Shown here one piece after another: positions 10,128 to 20,418 of a stretch of 64,000 nt of DNA. Numbering within the stretch: the first letter of the stretch is position 1; the number at the start of each line of letters is the position of its first letter. The notes below the pieces were generated by a model. It saw only the letters and a list, made by a program, of their open reading frames with translations, was not told the DNA's origin and did no database searches. A program made the translations under genes and the position numbers. This DNA is from a candidate division FCPU426 bacterium (GTDB lineage: Bacteria; Oederibacteriota; Muellerivitia; Muellerivitales; Muellerivitaceae), in assembly GCA_963796105.1 (NCBI GenBank), contig CAWCKJ010000003.1, positions 480,001 to 544,000 of the forward strand, written 5' to 3'.

Positions 10128-10877
10128 TTAGCCGTCAGGGTTGGCCTGGATTTTACGATTTTTCCGCATGGATTCTCCTTTCAAGACGATGGAATGGGAG
10201 TTGTGGATTAGCCGGTCAAGAATGGCGTCAGCTAAAGTCGGGTCTCCGATGATTTCGTGCCAATGGCTTGGCGGGACTTGGGAAGTTACCAAGGTGGATC
10301 GCCGGTCATATCGGTCCTCCAATATCTCAAACAAGTCCTTGCGTTGCTCATCGGTGAGAACCGCCGTTCCCCAATCGTCCAGGATCAAAAGGTCATAGTG
10401 GGAGAAGGAGACGAGGATTTTCCCATATCGTCCATCCGCCTTGGCCAGGGCCAAGTCTTGGAAAAGTTTGGGAACCCTCAAGTAAAGAACGTGGAACCCT
10501 TCACGGCAGCCCTGGTGCCCCAGGGCACAGGCTAGGTAGCTCTTTCCACAGCCCGTGGGCCCTGTAATCAGGCAGTTGTCATGGGATCGAAGCCAAGCGC
10601 AGGATGCCAGTGACAGGATTTTCGCCTTGTCTAGACCGCGGGGCTGTTGGTAATCCACGTCCTCCATCGTTGCCGGAAGACGTAGTTTCGCCCTTTGCAG
10701 CCTGGCGGTGAGGCGGCTGTTGGATCTCATCATCTCCTCCCGGTCCAACAACAAAGCGAACCTTTCCTCGAAACTCAAGGAACTGCATTCAGGATTTTCC
10801 ATCTGCTCTTGCAGGGCCTTGAGCATGCCGGGCAATCTCAGTTGATAAAGCTTGTCCAGGGTAGGGTGTTGAAGCAT
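10128..10877 (-). CDS. istB: IS21 helper ATPase IstB
   Basis: GPTGCGKS Walker A, LILDDWG, LADAILDRLIH. Confidence 0.95.
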   Translation of the reverse strand: MLQHPTLDKLYQLRLPGMLKALQEQMENPECSSLSFEERFALLLDREEMMRSNSRLTARLQRAKLRLPATMEDVDYQQPRGLDKAKILSLASCAWLRSHDNCLITGPTGCGKSYLACALGHQGCREGFHVLYLRVPKLFQDLALAKADGRYGKILVSFSHYDLLILDDWGTAVLTDEQRKDLFEILEDRYDRRSTLVTSQVPPSHWHEIIGDPTLADAILDRLIHNSHSIVLKGESMRKNRKIQANPDG

Positions 10878-10898
10878 ACGTCCTCCTTGTGATTGATT

Positions 10899-12428
10899 TC
10901 AAAGCTGGTAATAGGCCGATCCCCGTACGTTGTCGTGCAGGGGAAGGGGTAAACACACCACTTGGCTTTCCAAGGGACGCTGATCCAGGCCGGTCTTGAG
11001 GATGGACTGGATGCTCCTTCGGGAAACAGCGTTGGAAGCCAAAGCGCGCGAGCAGGCGGCGTTGAGCCTCGCCGCGCCGAACTGCTTGGAAAGTTGGATA
11101 AGTCCCAGACAGGCCCGGTAACCCTGCTGGGGATGAACTTTGGAAGCCAATATCTGTTCCACGCATTTCTCGACTGAATCCCCCAGCGAATGAGCCCAGC
11201 GCAAAAGTCTTTCGGGGCTCCAATCCCCGTAGTCCTTGTGATTCTTGGGCATATGGTCCTTGCAGGTAGTGTGATAGCCTTTCACGAAGGACCGTAAATG
11301 GCTGGCCACCCGCTTGTGTTGGTGGAAACATTCCACGATGGAGGATGTGGTTCGAACCCAAATACTTTGGCCGACCAATTGGTAGGGAATGCTGTAATAG
11401 TGTCGGTCGATTTCGACGTGGTAGTCGATATGCACCCGGGCTTGTTTCCATTGGGCGAAGTCGTAGGGAACCTCAGGAAGAGGCTTCAAAAGGGGCTTTT
11501 CCAGCTCCTCAAAGAGGGACTTTCGGGAACCGGGAATCTTCTGGAAGGGTTTGGCATTGAACTTCACCAAAAGCTCGGCGATGGCCTCGTTGAGGTCGGC
11601 GAGGGAGAAAAATTGCCGGTGGCGAAGAACCGCTAGGATTTGACGCTCGATATCCTGAACGCCTTTTTCTACCTTGGCCTTGTCCCTTGGTTTTCGGACC
11701 CGGGCCGGAAGGATGGCAGTACCGTAATGGTTGGCGAGTTCCTGGTAGGTGGCATTGGGTTGGGGCTCATAGCGGCAAGGACGGGTAATGCCGCTTTTGA
11801 GATTGTCGGGAACTATCAACTCGTGGATACCACCGAAGAATCTGAAAGCCCTTTGGTGGGAGGCGATCCAATCTGGAAGTCCCTGGGTCCAGGTGGCCTC
11901 GGCATAGGCGTAATTACTGGCGCAGGACACGGCCACGAAGATTTGGGCTTCACGAATTTCCCCGGTCAAGCGATCCACAACGGGCATGGTTAGGCCGGCG
12001 TAATCGACCATTAACTTTTCACCGGCCTTGTGGTCCAACCGCATGGAAACATCCAAGGTTTGGGTCCAGTCCCGGTAGAGCCCGAAGAAACGGCTTCGCA
12101 GGTATCCATCGGGATGGATATTCTTGTACTCTTGCCACAAGAGCTCCATGGTAACGCCCTTGCGTTTAAGTTCCTGGTGGATTTGATTCCAGGTGGGCAG
12201 GGGTCTGGATTTATTTCTGGGTTCGATGGGACCCGAGGGGAATAGTCGTGTTTCCAACGTGGCATCGTCCAAATCGGCTGGAAGCGGCCAAACCAACCCG
12301 GCTTTCTGCGCCCTGATGATATATTCCCGAACAGTTGTTTCGCCTAGTCCACAGCCTCGGGCAATATTTCGAAGACTCAGCCCCTTCTCGTACTTCAACC
12401 GCAATACTTCCCTGATTTGACGCATGGA
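10899..12428 (-). pseudogene. istA: IS21 transposase IstA of element A, separated from its first codons (15206-15223) by element B
   Basis: VDYAG, DNLKSG, KAKVE DDE motifs; removing 12429-15205 restores MPRERSSMRQIREVLRL with GGAGG RBS. Confidence 0.9.
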
Positions 12429-12686
12429 TGTCACTGGCCAGCCACTTTAACCCCCCTGGCCGCCTACTTTGCCCCCCCTCTTTTGGGCACTTCGAGGGGT
12501 GCCTGTTTCGGGGACTTCGACCCCTGCCTTGCGGGGCCTCTTTTTTAGATTAATTTAGACCCATCAAACTCCTTTCACAAGATGCGTTTTGCTTCCCCAA
12601 CATTGGATGATACGAAGTCCCGCGCAAATCCCGTAACCAATAGGCGCAAGATTGCACGAATAAGACAGCATCGAACGATGGGTTTC

Positions 12687-13466
12687 TCATAGTTTTGCCT
12701 CTTTTTCCCTGCTGTGTTCTTTTTTCATTTCTTCGCGCATGGAACGGGTCCGAAAGGAAGGGCCCTGAATGACGACGGCAGTGGCATGGTGGACCAGGCG
12801 GTCCATGGCAGCCGAGGCTAGGAGGGCGTCGCCGAAAAGCTCCGGCCACTCCCGCAGACTGCGGTTGGTGGTAAAAATCAAGGAGCCCTTTTCATAACGC
12901 TCACAGATGATGTCGTAAAAATCCTCGGCGACCTTGGTGTCGAAGGGCTTGAGACCCCAGTCGTCCAGGATCAAGAGGTCGGGTTTCAGGAAGGATGCGA
13001 ATCGGTTTTCCCAGGTACCGTCCCCGCGCGAGGCCGCTAATCGTTGGGCCGCATGCGAGGTCTTGATAAAGAGTACCTCATAACCCTTGCGGCAGACTTC
13101 ATGGGCCAAAGCGCAGGCCAAATGGGTTTTGCCCACACCTGAGGGACCGATGAAAAATAGGTTCTCTTTTCGCTCCACGAAAGAACAAGTACCCAAATCC
13201 AGGATTTGTTGCCGGTTGATGGCCGGGTTGAAGGCGAAATCGAACCCCGTTAGAGTCATATGGGTTGAGAAGCCCGCCTTTTTCAGCCTTCTTTGGAGTT
13301 GGCCCACTTGGCGGCGCTCCAGCTCATCCAACAGCAACTGGCCCAGGAAATCCATATAACCGATCTGGGATTCAATGGCCTGCTGGTTTCGGATTTCCAG
13401 CGTCTCCAACATACCTGCGAGTTTTAACCTTCTCAGGTGCGGCTCCAACTGATGTTTATTTTCCAT
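12687..13466 (-). CDS. istB: IS21 helper ATPase IstB
   Basis: GPSGVGKTH, LILDDWG, AAMDRLVHH. Confidence 0.95.
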   Translation of the reverse strand: MENKHQLEPHLRRLKLAGMLETLEIRNQQAIESQIGYMDFLGQLLLDELERRQVGQLQRRLKKAGFSTHMTLTGFDFAFNPAINRQQILDLGTCSFVERKENLFFIGPSGVGKTHLACALAHEVCRKGYEVLFIKTSHAAQRLAASRGDGTWENRFASFLKPDLLILDDWGLKPFDTKVAEDFYDIICERYEKGSLIFTTNRSLREWPELFGDALLASAAMDRLVHHATAVVIQGPSFRTRSMREEMKKEHSREKEAKL

Positions 13467-13479
13467 ATATGCTTCCTCC

Positions 13480-15036
13480 TCAATTTTTATCCAGAGCCAA
13501 GGCACGGAGGAAATCCTCCGCGGGCCGGGCGAAATCGAAAGACGACTGGGGTTTGAGTGAAGGATCCGACGGCGGGTCCAACGGGTTTTGATCGAGGTTC
13601 TTTTGAAGGATGTTTTTGATGGATTGGTACGTGTAGTTTCCGAAATGGAGGGCCCTTAGACAGGCTGCCTCCAGACGGGAAGGCAGGTACTTTTCCCTCA
13701 AGCGCAGAATGCCCTGGGCTTTGCGCAGATGGTCCAGGGGGTGGGAGTGTTCCAGCAGGAGTTGGATTAATTGATGGGTATTAGGTCCAATGGCCTGGGC
13801 CTGTTTGAGGCACCATTGTGGGGTTCGTTCCAAGAAGACCGCTTTTTCAGGGGGATAGTGGCCCGGGTTGGTGCGCCAGGTTCCCTTGCGTGTGGCCTTG
13901 GCGTGGGAAGCCACGCATTCGTGTTTGAGAAATATATCAACGGTGGTGTCGGTTAATTGGGCCAGTAGTTTTTGGCCCCGAAGACGGTAGGGAGCCGAGT
14001 AATAGGAACCTTCCACGACTACGTGGCAATCGGGGTGCAGAGTGGCTTCTTTGAAGAAAGTTGGATGGTAAGCCGCGGTAGGCAGGGGCAAAAGGGCCTT
14101 CTGTTCCACGCTCTGGAAGACGGCCAAGGGTTGAAGCCGGGTGGTGCCATGATCCCGTAAACCTGCCTTGTTCATCACCCAATCGCGGAGTTGATGGTTG
14201 GCATCGGTGCGGCCCTGGAAGGAACGACCCTTGAAGAAGGAATTACGGACATAGGGCACGCCGCGTTCAACTTTACCCTTGTGGCGTGGAGTGGCGACGC
14301 GGCAAGGGGAGATGATGAAGCCGTAATGGTTGGCGCATTCCACGTAGGTACGGTTGGCCAAGGGATCATAGAGGGCCGCCTTGACGATGGCGCTTTTCAG
14401 GTTATCGATTACGATTTTTTTAGGGACTGAATTGAAGAACTCGAAAGCCCGGCGGTGGCAGGCGATCCAGGTTCTCACGTCCTGTGCGAATACAATCTCG
14501 GCGTACATATGCCGGGAATGGGAAAGGGTCATCACGAAAACCCAGGCCTTGGCTTGCTTGCCACGCGTCTCGTCCCACAAGCGGCCCAAAAGCCCGAAAT
14601 CCACTTGGGCCTCCTCGCCGGGCGCAACCTCCAGCCTCACGTAGGCGGGTTTCTCATTGCGAAAAGGCTCCGTATACCTCTTCAGGGTCGAGTAACTCCC
14701 CTTCCACCCGTGCCGCTCTTGAAGCATCTCCTGGATGCGAATCAAGGTGAAATCTTCCTTCAACCATTCTTGGATGATTCCCTTGAGGGCCTCCAAGGCA
14801 TGAGCGGGAACGGGCGTGGATTTTTCGCCGTCTTCCCAAGCCTTCGCCAAATCCTTTTCCAGGGGAAGTTCCCCTTGGAGAAAGCCATGTTCTTTCGCCC
14901 AACGCACGTATTGCTTGACCGTGTGCTTATTGCATCCCAGGGCCCGGGCAGTGGGTTTGAACCCGCCCAAGGCCTGGTAAGTCCTCAAAATCTCACGAAT
15001 AGTCGCCATGTCGCTCTGCCTCCCTTGTCGGGTCAT
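13480..15036 (-). CDS. istA: IS21 transposase IstA
   Basis: PGEEAQVDFG, DNLKSA, KGKVERGV. Confidence 0.95.
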   Translation of the reverse strand: MTRQGRQSDMATIREILRTYQALGGFKPTARALGCNKHTVKQYVRWAKEHGFLQGELPLEKDLAKAWEDGEKSTPVPAHALEALKGIIQEWLKEDFTLIRIQEMLQERHGWKGSYSTLKRYTEPFRNEKPAYVRLEVAPGEEAQVDFGLLGRLWDETRGKQAKAWVFVMTLSHSRHMYAEIVFAQDVRTWIACHRRAFEFFNSVPKKIVIDNLKSAIVKAALYDPLANRTYVECANHYGFIISPCRVATPRHKGKVERGVPYVRNSFFKGRSFQGRTDANHQLRDWVMNKAGLRDHGTTRLQPLAVFQSVEQKALLPLPTAAYHPTFFKEATLHPDCHVVVEGSYYSAPYRLRGQKLLAQLTDTTVDIFLKHECVASHAKATRKGTWRTNPGHYPPEKAVFLERTPQWCLKQAQAIGPNTHQLIQLLLEHSHPLDHLRKAQGILRLREKYLPSRLEAACLRALHFGNYTYQSIKNILQKNLDQNPLDPPSDPSLKPQSSFDFARPAEDFLRALALDKN

Positions 15037-15427
15037 GCCGTTCTCCTCACATGAAGTGAAAAAAGAAAGGAATGACGGTTAGAGAGGCCCTTGGCAAGGG
15101 GGTCAAAGTCGGTGGCCAGACAGGGGGTCAAAGTGACTGGCCAGAGGTGGGGTCAAAGTGCTTGGCCAGCTAGGGGGTTAAAGCTCGCGGCCAATGACAC
15201 ATGGATGAACGCTCCCTTGGCATTCCGACCTCCTTGGTTTTGGAACAACCAAAAAAGGCCAAGAATAACCCTGTTGAAGGTTATCCCGCATCGTTCGCCC
15301 TCCCTTCAAACCCTAGAAATAGCTTTCTAGGGGTGCACGCTTTCGATTGGATTAGGTGCGCGCTTTGGATTGGATTTAGTGCGCGGATTCGATTGGATTG
15401 GGTGCGCGCTTTCAATTGGAATATGCA

Positions 15428-16050
15428 CAATACTGGGTTGAGCCCTCTCATACTGGGTTGTACTGGGTTGAGCCCCCCATACTGGGTTGTACTGGGTTGC
15501 CAGCCTCCAATACTGGGTTGGGCCCTCTCATACTGGGTTGTACTGGGTTGCGAGCCTCCAATACTGGGTTGGGCCCTCTCATACTGGGTTGTACTGGGTT
15601 GCGAGCCTCCAATACTGGGTTGAGCCCTCTCATACTGGGTTGTACTGGGTTGCCAGCCTCCAATACTGGGTTGCGAGCCTCCAATACTGGGTTGGGCCCT
15701 CTCATACTGGGTTGTACTGGGTTGCGAGCCTCCAATACTGGGTTGAGCCCTCACATACTGGGTTGTACTGGGTTGCCAGCCTCCAATACTGGGTTGAGCC
15801 CTCTCATACTGGGTTGTACTGGGTTGCCAGCCTCCAATACTGGGTTGAGCCCTCTCATACTGGGTTGTACTGGGTTGCCAGCCTCCAATACTGGGTTGAG
15901 CCCTCTCATACTGGGTTGTACTGGGTTGAGAACCTCCAATACTGGGTTGGGCCCTCTCATACTGGGTTGTACTGGGTTGAGCCCTCTCATACTGGGTTGT
16001 ACTGGGTTGAGAACCTCCAATACTGGGTTGCTGCCCCAAATACCGGGTTG
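15428..16050. repeat. Array B: 36 perfect and 1 variant copy of TACTGGGTTG, built from 30- and 21-bp modules (51-bp higher-order unit)
   Basis: Direct reading: CAATACTGGGTTG-AGCCCTCT-CATACTGGGTTG-TACTGGGTTG-CCAGCCTC repeated with variants. Confidence 0.97.
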
Positions 16051-16164
16051 TCCGCTTTCAGAATTCAAGCGTGGAATCTGGTAGATATTTTGGAGGAGTA
16101 TTCGTTGTTTGAATACGGCGGCAGTCGCCGTATTCAAACTGCCGGATTTAAATACTATGCGTGT

Positions 16165-16416
16165 ATGTTTGAAAAAGAGGTCGCTGAACTTACGGAAAAA
16201 ACCTTGGGAGATCTATCGCGTCGGATCTCGGAAATGAGGCATGCAAATAATTGGACCCAAGGGAAAGTCGCTGAAATGATTCGCGTTGACGTAAGAACAT
16301 ATCAAAGATGGGAATATGGGGAGATTGCCCATAATGCCATTCCTCATTTATGCAGGCTCGCGATAGTCTTCAAATGTTCTGTGCATGATTTCTTTGATGA
16401 TGCAAGACAACCGTAA
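16165..16416 (+). CDS. XRE-family helix-turn-helix regulator
   Basis: R...NWTQGKVAEMIRVDVRTYQRWEYG HTH; ORF track extends it in-frame upstream through array B. Confidence 0.85.
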   Translation: MFEKEVAELTEKTLGDLSRRISEMRHANNWTQGKVAEMIRVDVRTYQRWEYGEIAHNAIPHLCRLAIVFKCSVHDFFDDARQP

Positions 16417-16585
16417 TTTGGCCGTGGCTGCCCTTATGGTTTTCCTCGAAAGAATTCTATGATGAACCAAAACCTTAATAATAATTTGTGGTCGTCCCAG
16501 GGAAAATAAAAACGGGATTTGATCAGTCAAGCCGAGTGGTTCTTTTGGTCGGCTTTACTATATCTGGCTGAACTTCAGAGGGGAT

Positions 16586-16770
16586 TTACCCACCAATCAA
16601 CCACACCTGCCGTGAGCACACACGGCGAACGGCAAGATTTGGTTGTACCAACTGCCATAAGCAGCTGGTACAAGTTGATTGGTGACGGTTGGTAATGGCT
16701 TGCAAATGGCCTTACGAATAGCTTTCCATAAACCATTTGTGGTGTCGGGCGAATTACCCGACCAATTTAA
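16586..16770. ncRNA. Candidate structured RNA/ssDNA element (multi-stem junction)
   Basis: 11-bp stem 16591-16601/16674-16684 enclosing two hairpins, followed by two more hairpins; no ORF. Confidence 0.35.
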
Positions 16771-16814
16771 AACAATTGGTATCGCGGGATAAAGCAGGAA
16801 TATTTCTCAAGTAC

Positions 16815-17006
16815 CTAAAGTGATGACTGGTCACTGCACCAAGCTAGGGGCTTGGTGCCTGACCCCTGATTTCCTGTATTGGAATTGAATCCGGTTTGGG
16901 AATCATGGCCGAATATCTTCACCGCGGCGATGACCGCGACCGCTATTAAAGCAACTATCAAGAGGTATTCCGCCATCCCTTGGCCTTTTTGATTTAGCTT
17001 TTTCAT
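16815..17006 (-). CDS. Flp/type IVb pilin-like protein (orphan, C-terminus possibly truncated)
   Basis: KGQGMAEYLLIVALIAVAVIAAV prepilin cleavage/Flp motif; GGAGG RBS. Confidence 0.8.
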   Translation of the reverse strand: MKKLNQKGQGMAEYLLIVALIAVAVIAAVKIFGHDSQTGFNSNTGNQGSGTKPLAWCSDQSSL

Positions 17007-17276
17007 GAATAAAACCTCCCAGTCTTTGTGCACTCTAAAACTATTTAGAAGTGTTCCCTAAACCATATTCTTGGTATCTGGCCTATTTTAATATTACCTG
17101 GTTTTTCTTTAAATTGTTGTTTCCACAAAATCCCTCAAAAATTCTGCCCAAAACGGCAAAGCTGGGCTGAAAATTAAAAGAAGTTGGCGGAAGATGAGAA
17201 GTTAGCGCAAAAGCTGATAAAGTGATGAATGATCACTGCCACACGCTGCGGAGCGTGTGGCCTGACCCCTATGTTT

Positions 17277-17434
17277 CATCATGGAGTCAACGTGAAATAT
17301 CTGCCTGGATACTTGAGCGAATATACTTATCGGTTCAATCGTCGCCATGACCCAGATTCCTTATTTCACCGGGCCTTAACCGCTTGCGCTTTGGCAAAAC
17401 CCATTACTGCGCAAGCGTTGTTCGGATAGGCATG
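17277..17434 (+). pseudogene. IS1595 transposase C-terminal remnant with element end
   Basis: HHGV..KYL..YLSEY.YRFNRRHDPDSLFHRALTACALAKPITA, nearly identical to C-terminus of 38798-39706. Confidence 0.85.
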
Positions 17435-18004
17435 GAAAATTGTATTCAAAAGAACGGGACAAACTCGAGAAAGAATTCAAGGGGACATTCGCAAAGAAGA
17501 CCGAGAAGTTTTTTGTCAGTACGCTCTGCCGGTCGTGCTATGAAGATTCGGTTTTCAGTGGTACGCTAAGTTCTTTGAAAGATGATGTTGACATTGAATC
17601 TGCATTTGAACTTATCCAAATCAGGCCGAATTCGGCGAAACGTTGAAAAAATCCAATAATTACAGGCTCCTGCACATGGCTGTCGCAAAAAGGATGGTGT
17701 GCAACGATTTAAGGCCCCACGCCTATAAGAATATCTAAAGAAGGAATCTGGATTTCCAATCAAGACCTCTTCAAACACTTGAAGAAGCTGTAAAAGGGAA
17801 TTACCCCGCAGGATACGACTTCGAGAACCGGAAATTTGATTCCCGCCGATAAGAAAACCGGCGTTTCAAAGCCATATAAAAGGCTATCTGACATTCAGTG
17901 TGTCCCCGCCGGTTGAAAAGTGTGACGGTGGGCGGTCCAAAAGTGTGACACCCCCCGCCTTCCACGAGCCTTACGGTTCATGGTCGTTGGTTTGTCTTTA
18001 GTCT

Positions 18005-18781
18005 TTACCCTTCCTTCTTGTCTTTGTGCCTTAGCCGTTTTTTCGATTCTGTTAATCTATAACTTTGGCCGTTGGCCTCCAGAATATGCACCCGATGGGT
18101 CAAACGGTCAATAAGAGCCCCCGTCATCCTCTCAGAACCCATGATTTCCACCCAGTTTTCGAAGGGCAGGTTGGTCGTTACCAGCAGGCTGGTCCGCTCG
18201 TAGGCCTTGCTGACAACCTCGAAGAGCAACTCGGCCCCCGCCTTGGTGAAAGGCACGTAACCCAGTTCATCCAGGACGATCAGATGGAGCCTGGCTAGCT
18301 GACGGTGGAACTTGGCCAATTGTTTCTCCTCCCGGCGCTCCAGAAGCTCCGTCACTAGGCCGGTGACGGAGAAGAACTTTACCGCTCGGCCCTGGCAACA
18401 GGCCTGGAAGGCTAGGGCCGAGGCCAGATGGGTTTTACCCGTTCCGGAGTTGCCGATCAGCAGGATGTTTTCTTTTTTGTCCATGTACTCGCCCCGCATG
18501 AGTTCCCGGATTAATTCCTGGTTGATCGAGGGCTGGGCCTTGAAATCAAATGTGTCCAAAGTCTTGAGCACGGGAAAACCGGCATCCCGGATGCGCCTCT
18601 CCTTGGCCCGGCGCTCCCGATCCAGAAGCTCTAACTCGGCCAGCTTGAGAAGGTACTGGGGATAGTCGCTGCGCTCAGTGCGGCAGAGCTGGGCCATCTT
18701 GTCGTACTCGCGCTGCATCGTGGGCAGTTTGAGTTTTTTGAGATGATGTTCCAGTAAGAGGGTCTTTTTTGATTCGCTCAT
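18005..18781 (-). CDS. istB: IS21 helper ATPase IstB
   Basis: GNSGTGKTH, LDELGY, ALIDRLTHR. Confidence 0.95.
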   Translation of the reverse strand: MSESKKTLLLEHHLKKLKLPTMQREYDKMAQLCRTERSDYPQYLLKLAELELLDRERRAKERRIRDAGFPVLKTLDTFDFKAQPSINQELIRELMRGEYMDKKENILLIGNSGTGKTHLASALAFQACCQGRAVKFFSVTGLVTELLERREEKQLAKFHRQLARLHLIVLDELGYVPFTKAGAELLFEVVSKAYERTSLLVTTNLPFENWVEIMGSERMTGALIDRLTHRVHILEANGQSYRLTESKKRLRHKDKKEG

Positions 18782-20337
18782 GCTTCACCTCCCACGGGCA
18801 TCAGTTCGCGGTAGGCCGAAAGATCCGTCCGGGCCACCTGAACATGACGCAAGTGCTCACGACCGGCAAGGCTGAAGGTGGTTAGCCTGAAATCTTCCCT
18901 GGAGTAGAGAAGTTGAGCGACAGCGTCTCGGGTATAGATCTCCATCCCCACGGCCTTCTTCACTGCCCGGTGGAGCCTGCCCATGGAATGTTTTTCCAAA
19001 AGCCTCATCGTCTTGATGAATTCCCGTGTTCCCTCGCCGTGGAGCTTTTCCTTGGATTTCATACGGCGGTGCAGAAGGGTGAAACTTTCCGGAAGATTCC
19101 AGTCTTCCAGGGGTCTGGCATGATCAAATGCTCCCGGTTTTCCCTCCAAGATCGCCAAATAATGCACTGGATTGAAGGATATGCCTTCCTTGCACCAAAG
19201 GCGATCATGCTTCGCAATACGTTTGTCCCTGTAGAAAACATCCACCCGGTCGATGTATCCCTTCACCACTACAGGATGGTGTGCCCACTCCGAAGGCACA
19301 GAATAGTCGTTGGTGTCGAAACGCACCAGGGACGAGGACGTTGCCGTTGTGGACTGCTTCAGACAGGCGTCAAAAGATGTGGCCGGCAAAGGCCGGAATT
19401 TGGCCTTATCCTCGTCAAGAAGCTGTTTTTTGGGGAGGAACTTGCCGCGCAATTTTCGTTCGAGATCCTCGCGGCATTTCACTTTCAATTGTTCGTTTAG
19501 TTCTTCTAGGGTTCCCACTTGCGGCACTGGCACCATGAAATTTAGCCGGACATATTTCACCCCGCCTTCCACGACACCTTTTTCATTTCCACGGCGTATC
19601 GTGCAAAAGTGGTGATCAAAGAGATAGTGGCTTTCCAACTGCTGAAAACTCCGTGCCAACACCCGTTTATGCACCCCGATAATTTTCGTCACGAGGGTTT
19701 TGGCGTTGTCGTAACTGATCCGCCAGGGCACTCCACCAAAGTATTCAAAAGCCCGGATGTGGCCTTCCCACACAAACTCCGTACTCTCTCGCTCAAACAT
19801 CTGTACGAAAAAGGCATCCGAATAGGGCAAGGCCATTACAAAAAACGGACGTTTGACCAACACACCGTTGAGCTTCACCAAGGCGTGCCCAAAATCCACC
19901 TGCGCCTCGCCGGGTCGGTGGATCAAAGGTACGAACACCTCGCTATTTCTCTTTTTAATCCCCCGGACCGCTCTTTTTACCTGGGTATAACAGCCGGTGT
20001 ATCCATCTTCGGCTTTCAGGCGTTCAAAAATGCGCTTAGCGCTGTGGCGCTGTTTTTTGTGGACGTGCTTGTCGTCCTCCAGGATTTGCTTGATCCGACC
20101 CAGGAAAGGCCCTACCTTCGGTTGGGGCCTCTCTTGACTCATTTGGTAACCTGGAGGCTCACTATTGGCGAGTATTTTCTTGAGGGTTTCCCAGTGAATG
20201 CCTTCTTCTGCCATCACCTGGCGCTTGGGAACGCCCTCCACCAGGATTTTCTTGCGGATTTTCGTCCATTTGTCCATGTCTTTGTACACTCCTTTTCCTT
20301 CCGGTTTCTGTAGTTCCATTTTCTGGAACCACATCAT
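18778..20337 (-). CDS. istA: IS21 transposase IstA (start uncertain)
   Basis: PGEAQVDFG, YDN, NEKGVVE. Confidence 0.93.
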   Translation of the reverse strand: MMWFQKMELQKPEGKGVYKDMDKWTKIRKKILVEGVPKRQVMAEEGIHWETLKKILANSEPPGYQMSQERPQPKVGPFLGRIKQILEDDKHVHKKQRHSAKRIFERLKAEDGYTGCYTQVKRAVRGIKKRNSEVFVPLIHRPGEAQVDFGHALVKLNGVLVKRPFFVMALPYSDAFFVQMFERESTEFVWEGHIRAFEYFGGVPWRISYDNAKTLVTKIIGVHKRVLARSFQQLESHYLFDHHFCTIRRGNEKGVVEGGVKYVRLNFMVPVPQVGTLEELNEQLKVKCREDLERKLRGKFLPKKQLLDEDKAKFRPLPATSFDACLKQSTTATSSSLVRFDTNDYSVPSEWAHHPVVVKGYIDRVDVFYRDKRIAKHDRLWCKEGISFNPVHYLAILEGKPGAFDHARPLEDWNLPESFTLLHRRMKSKEKLHGEGTREFIKTMRLLEKHSMGRLHRAVKKAVGMEIYTRDAVAQLLYSREDFRLTTFSLAGREHLRHVQVARTDLSAYRELMPVGGEA

Positions 20338-20418
20338 CCCGGAAAATCGGGGAGCGTCACACTTTTCGACCGCCTTTTTTGCCCTCTAGACCGTCACACT
20401 TTTGGAACGGCGTTTACA

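Larger units (their letters stand above)
12429..15199 (-). mobile_element. IS21-family element B (nested)
   Basis: TGTCA...TGACA ends, multiple GGGGTCAAAGT..TGGCCAG terminal repeats, 6-bp TSD CATGGA at 12423-12428 and 15200-15205. Confidence 0.93.
9950..15427 (-). mobile_element. IS21-family element A (outer), interrupted by IS21 element B
   Basis: Multiple TCCAAT..AAAGCGCGCA terminal repeats in inverted orientation at 9950-10020 and 15331-15427; istA/istB inside. Confidence 0.85.
17901..20418 (-). mobile_element. IS21-family element C, copy 1 (2518 bp)
   Basis: TGT...ACA ends with AAAAGTGTGAC repeats; inverted copy at 24226-26743. Confidence 0.95.

Noticed and set aside
15428..16050. CRISPR array
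   Set aside because: Repeat is only 10 bp, linkers are 0-11 nt and recur, and no cas genes are present
15201..16137. Several overlapping repeat-encoded ORFs as real genes
   Set aside because: Open frames follow automatically from stop-free modules with lengths divisible by 3; no independent support
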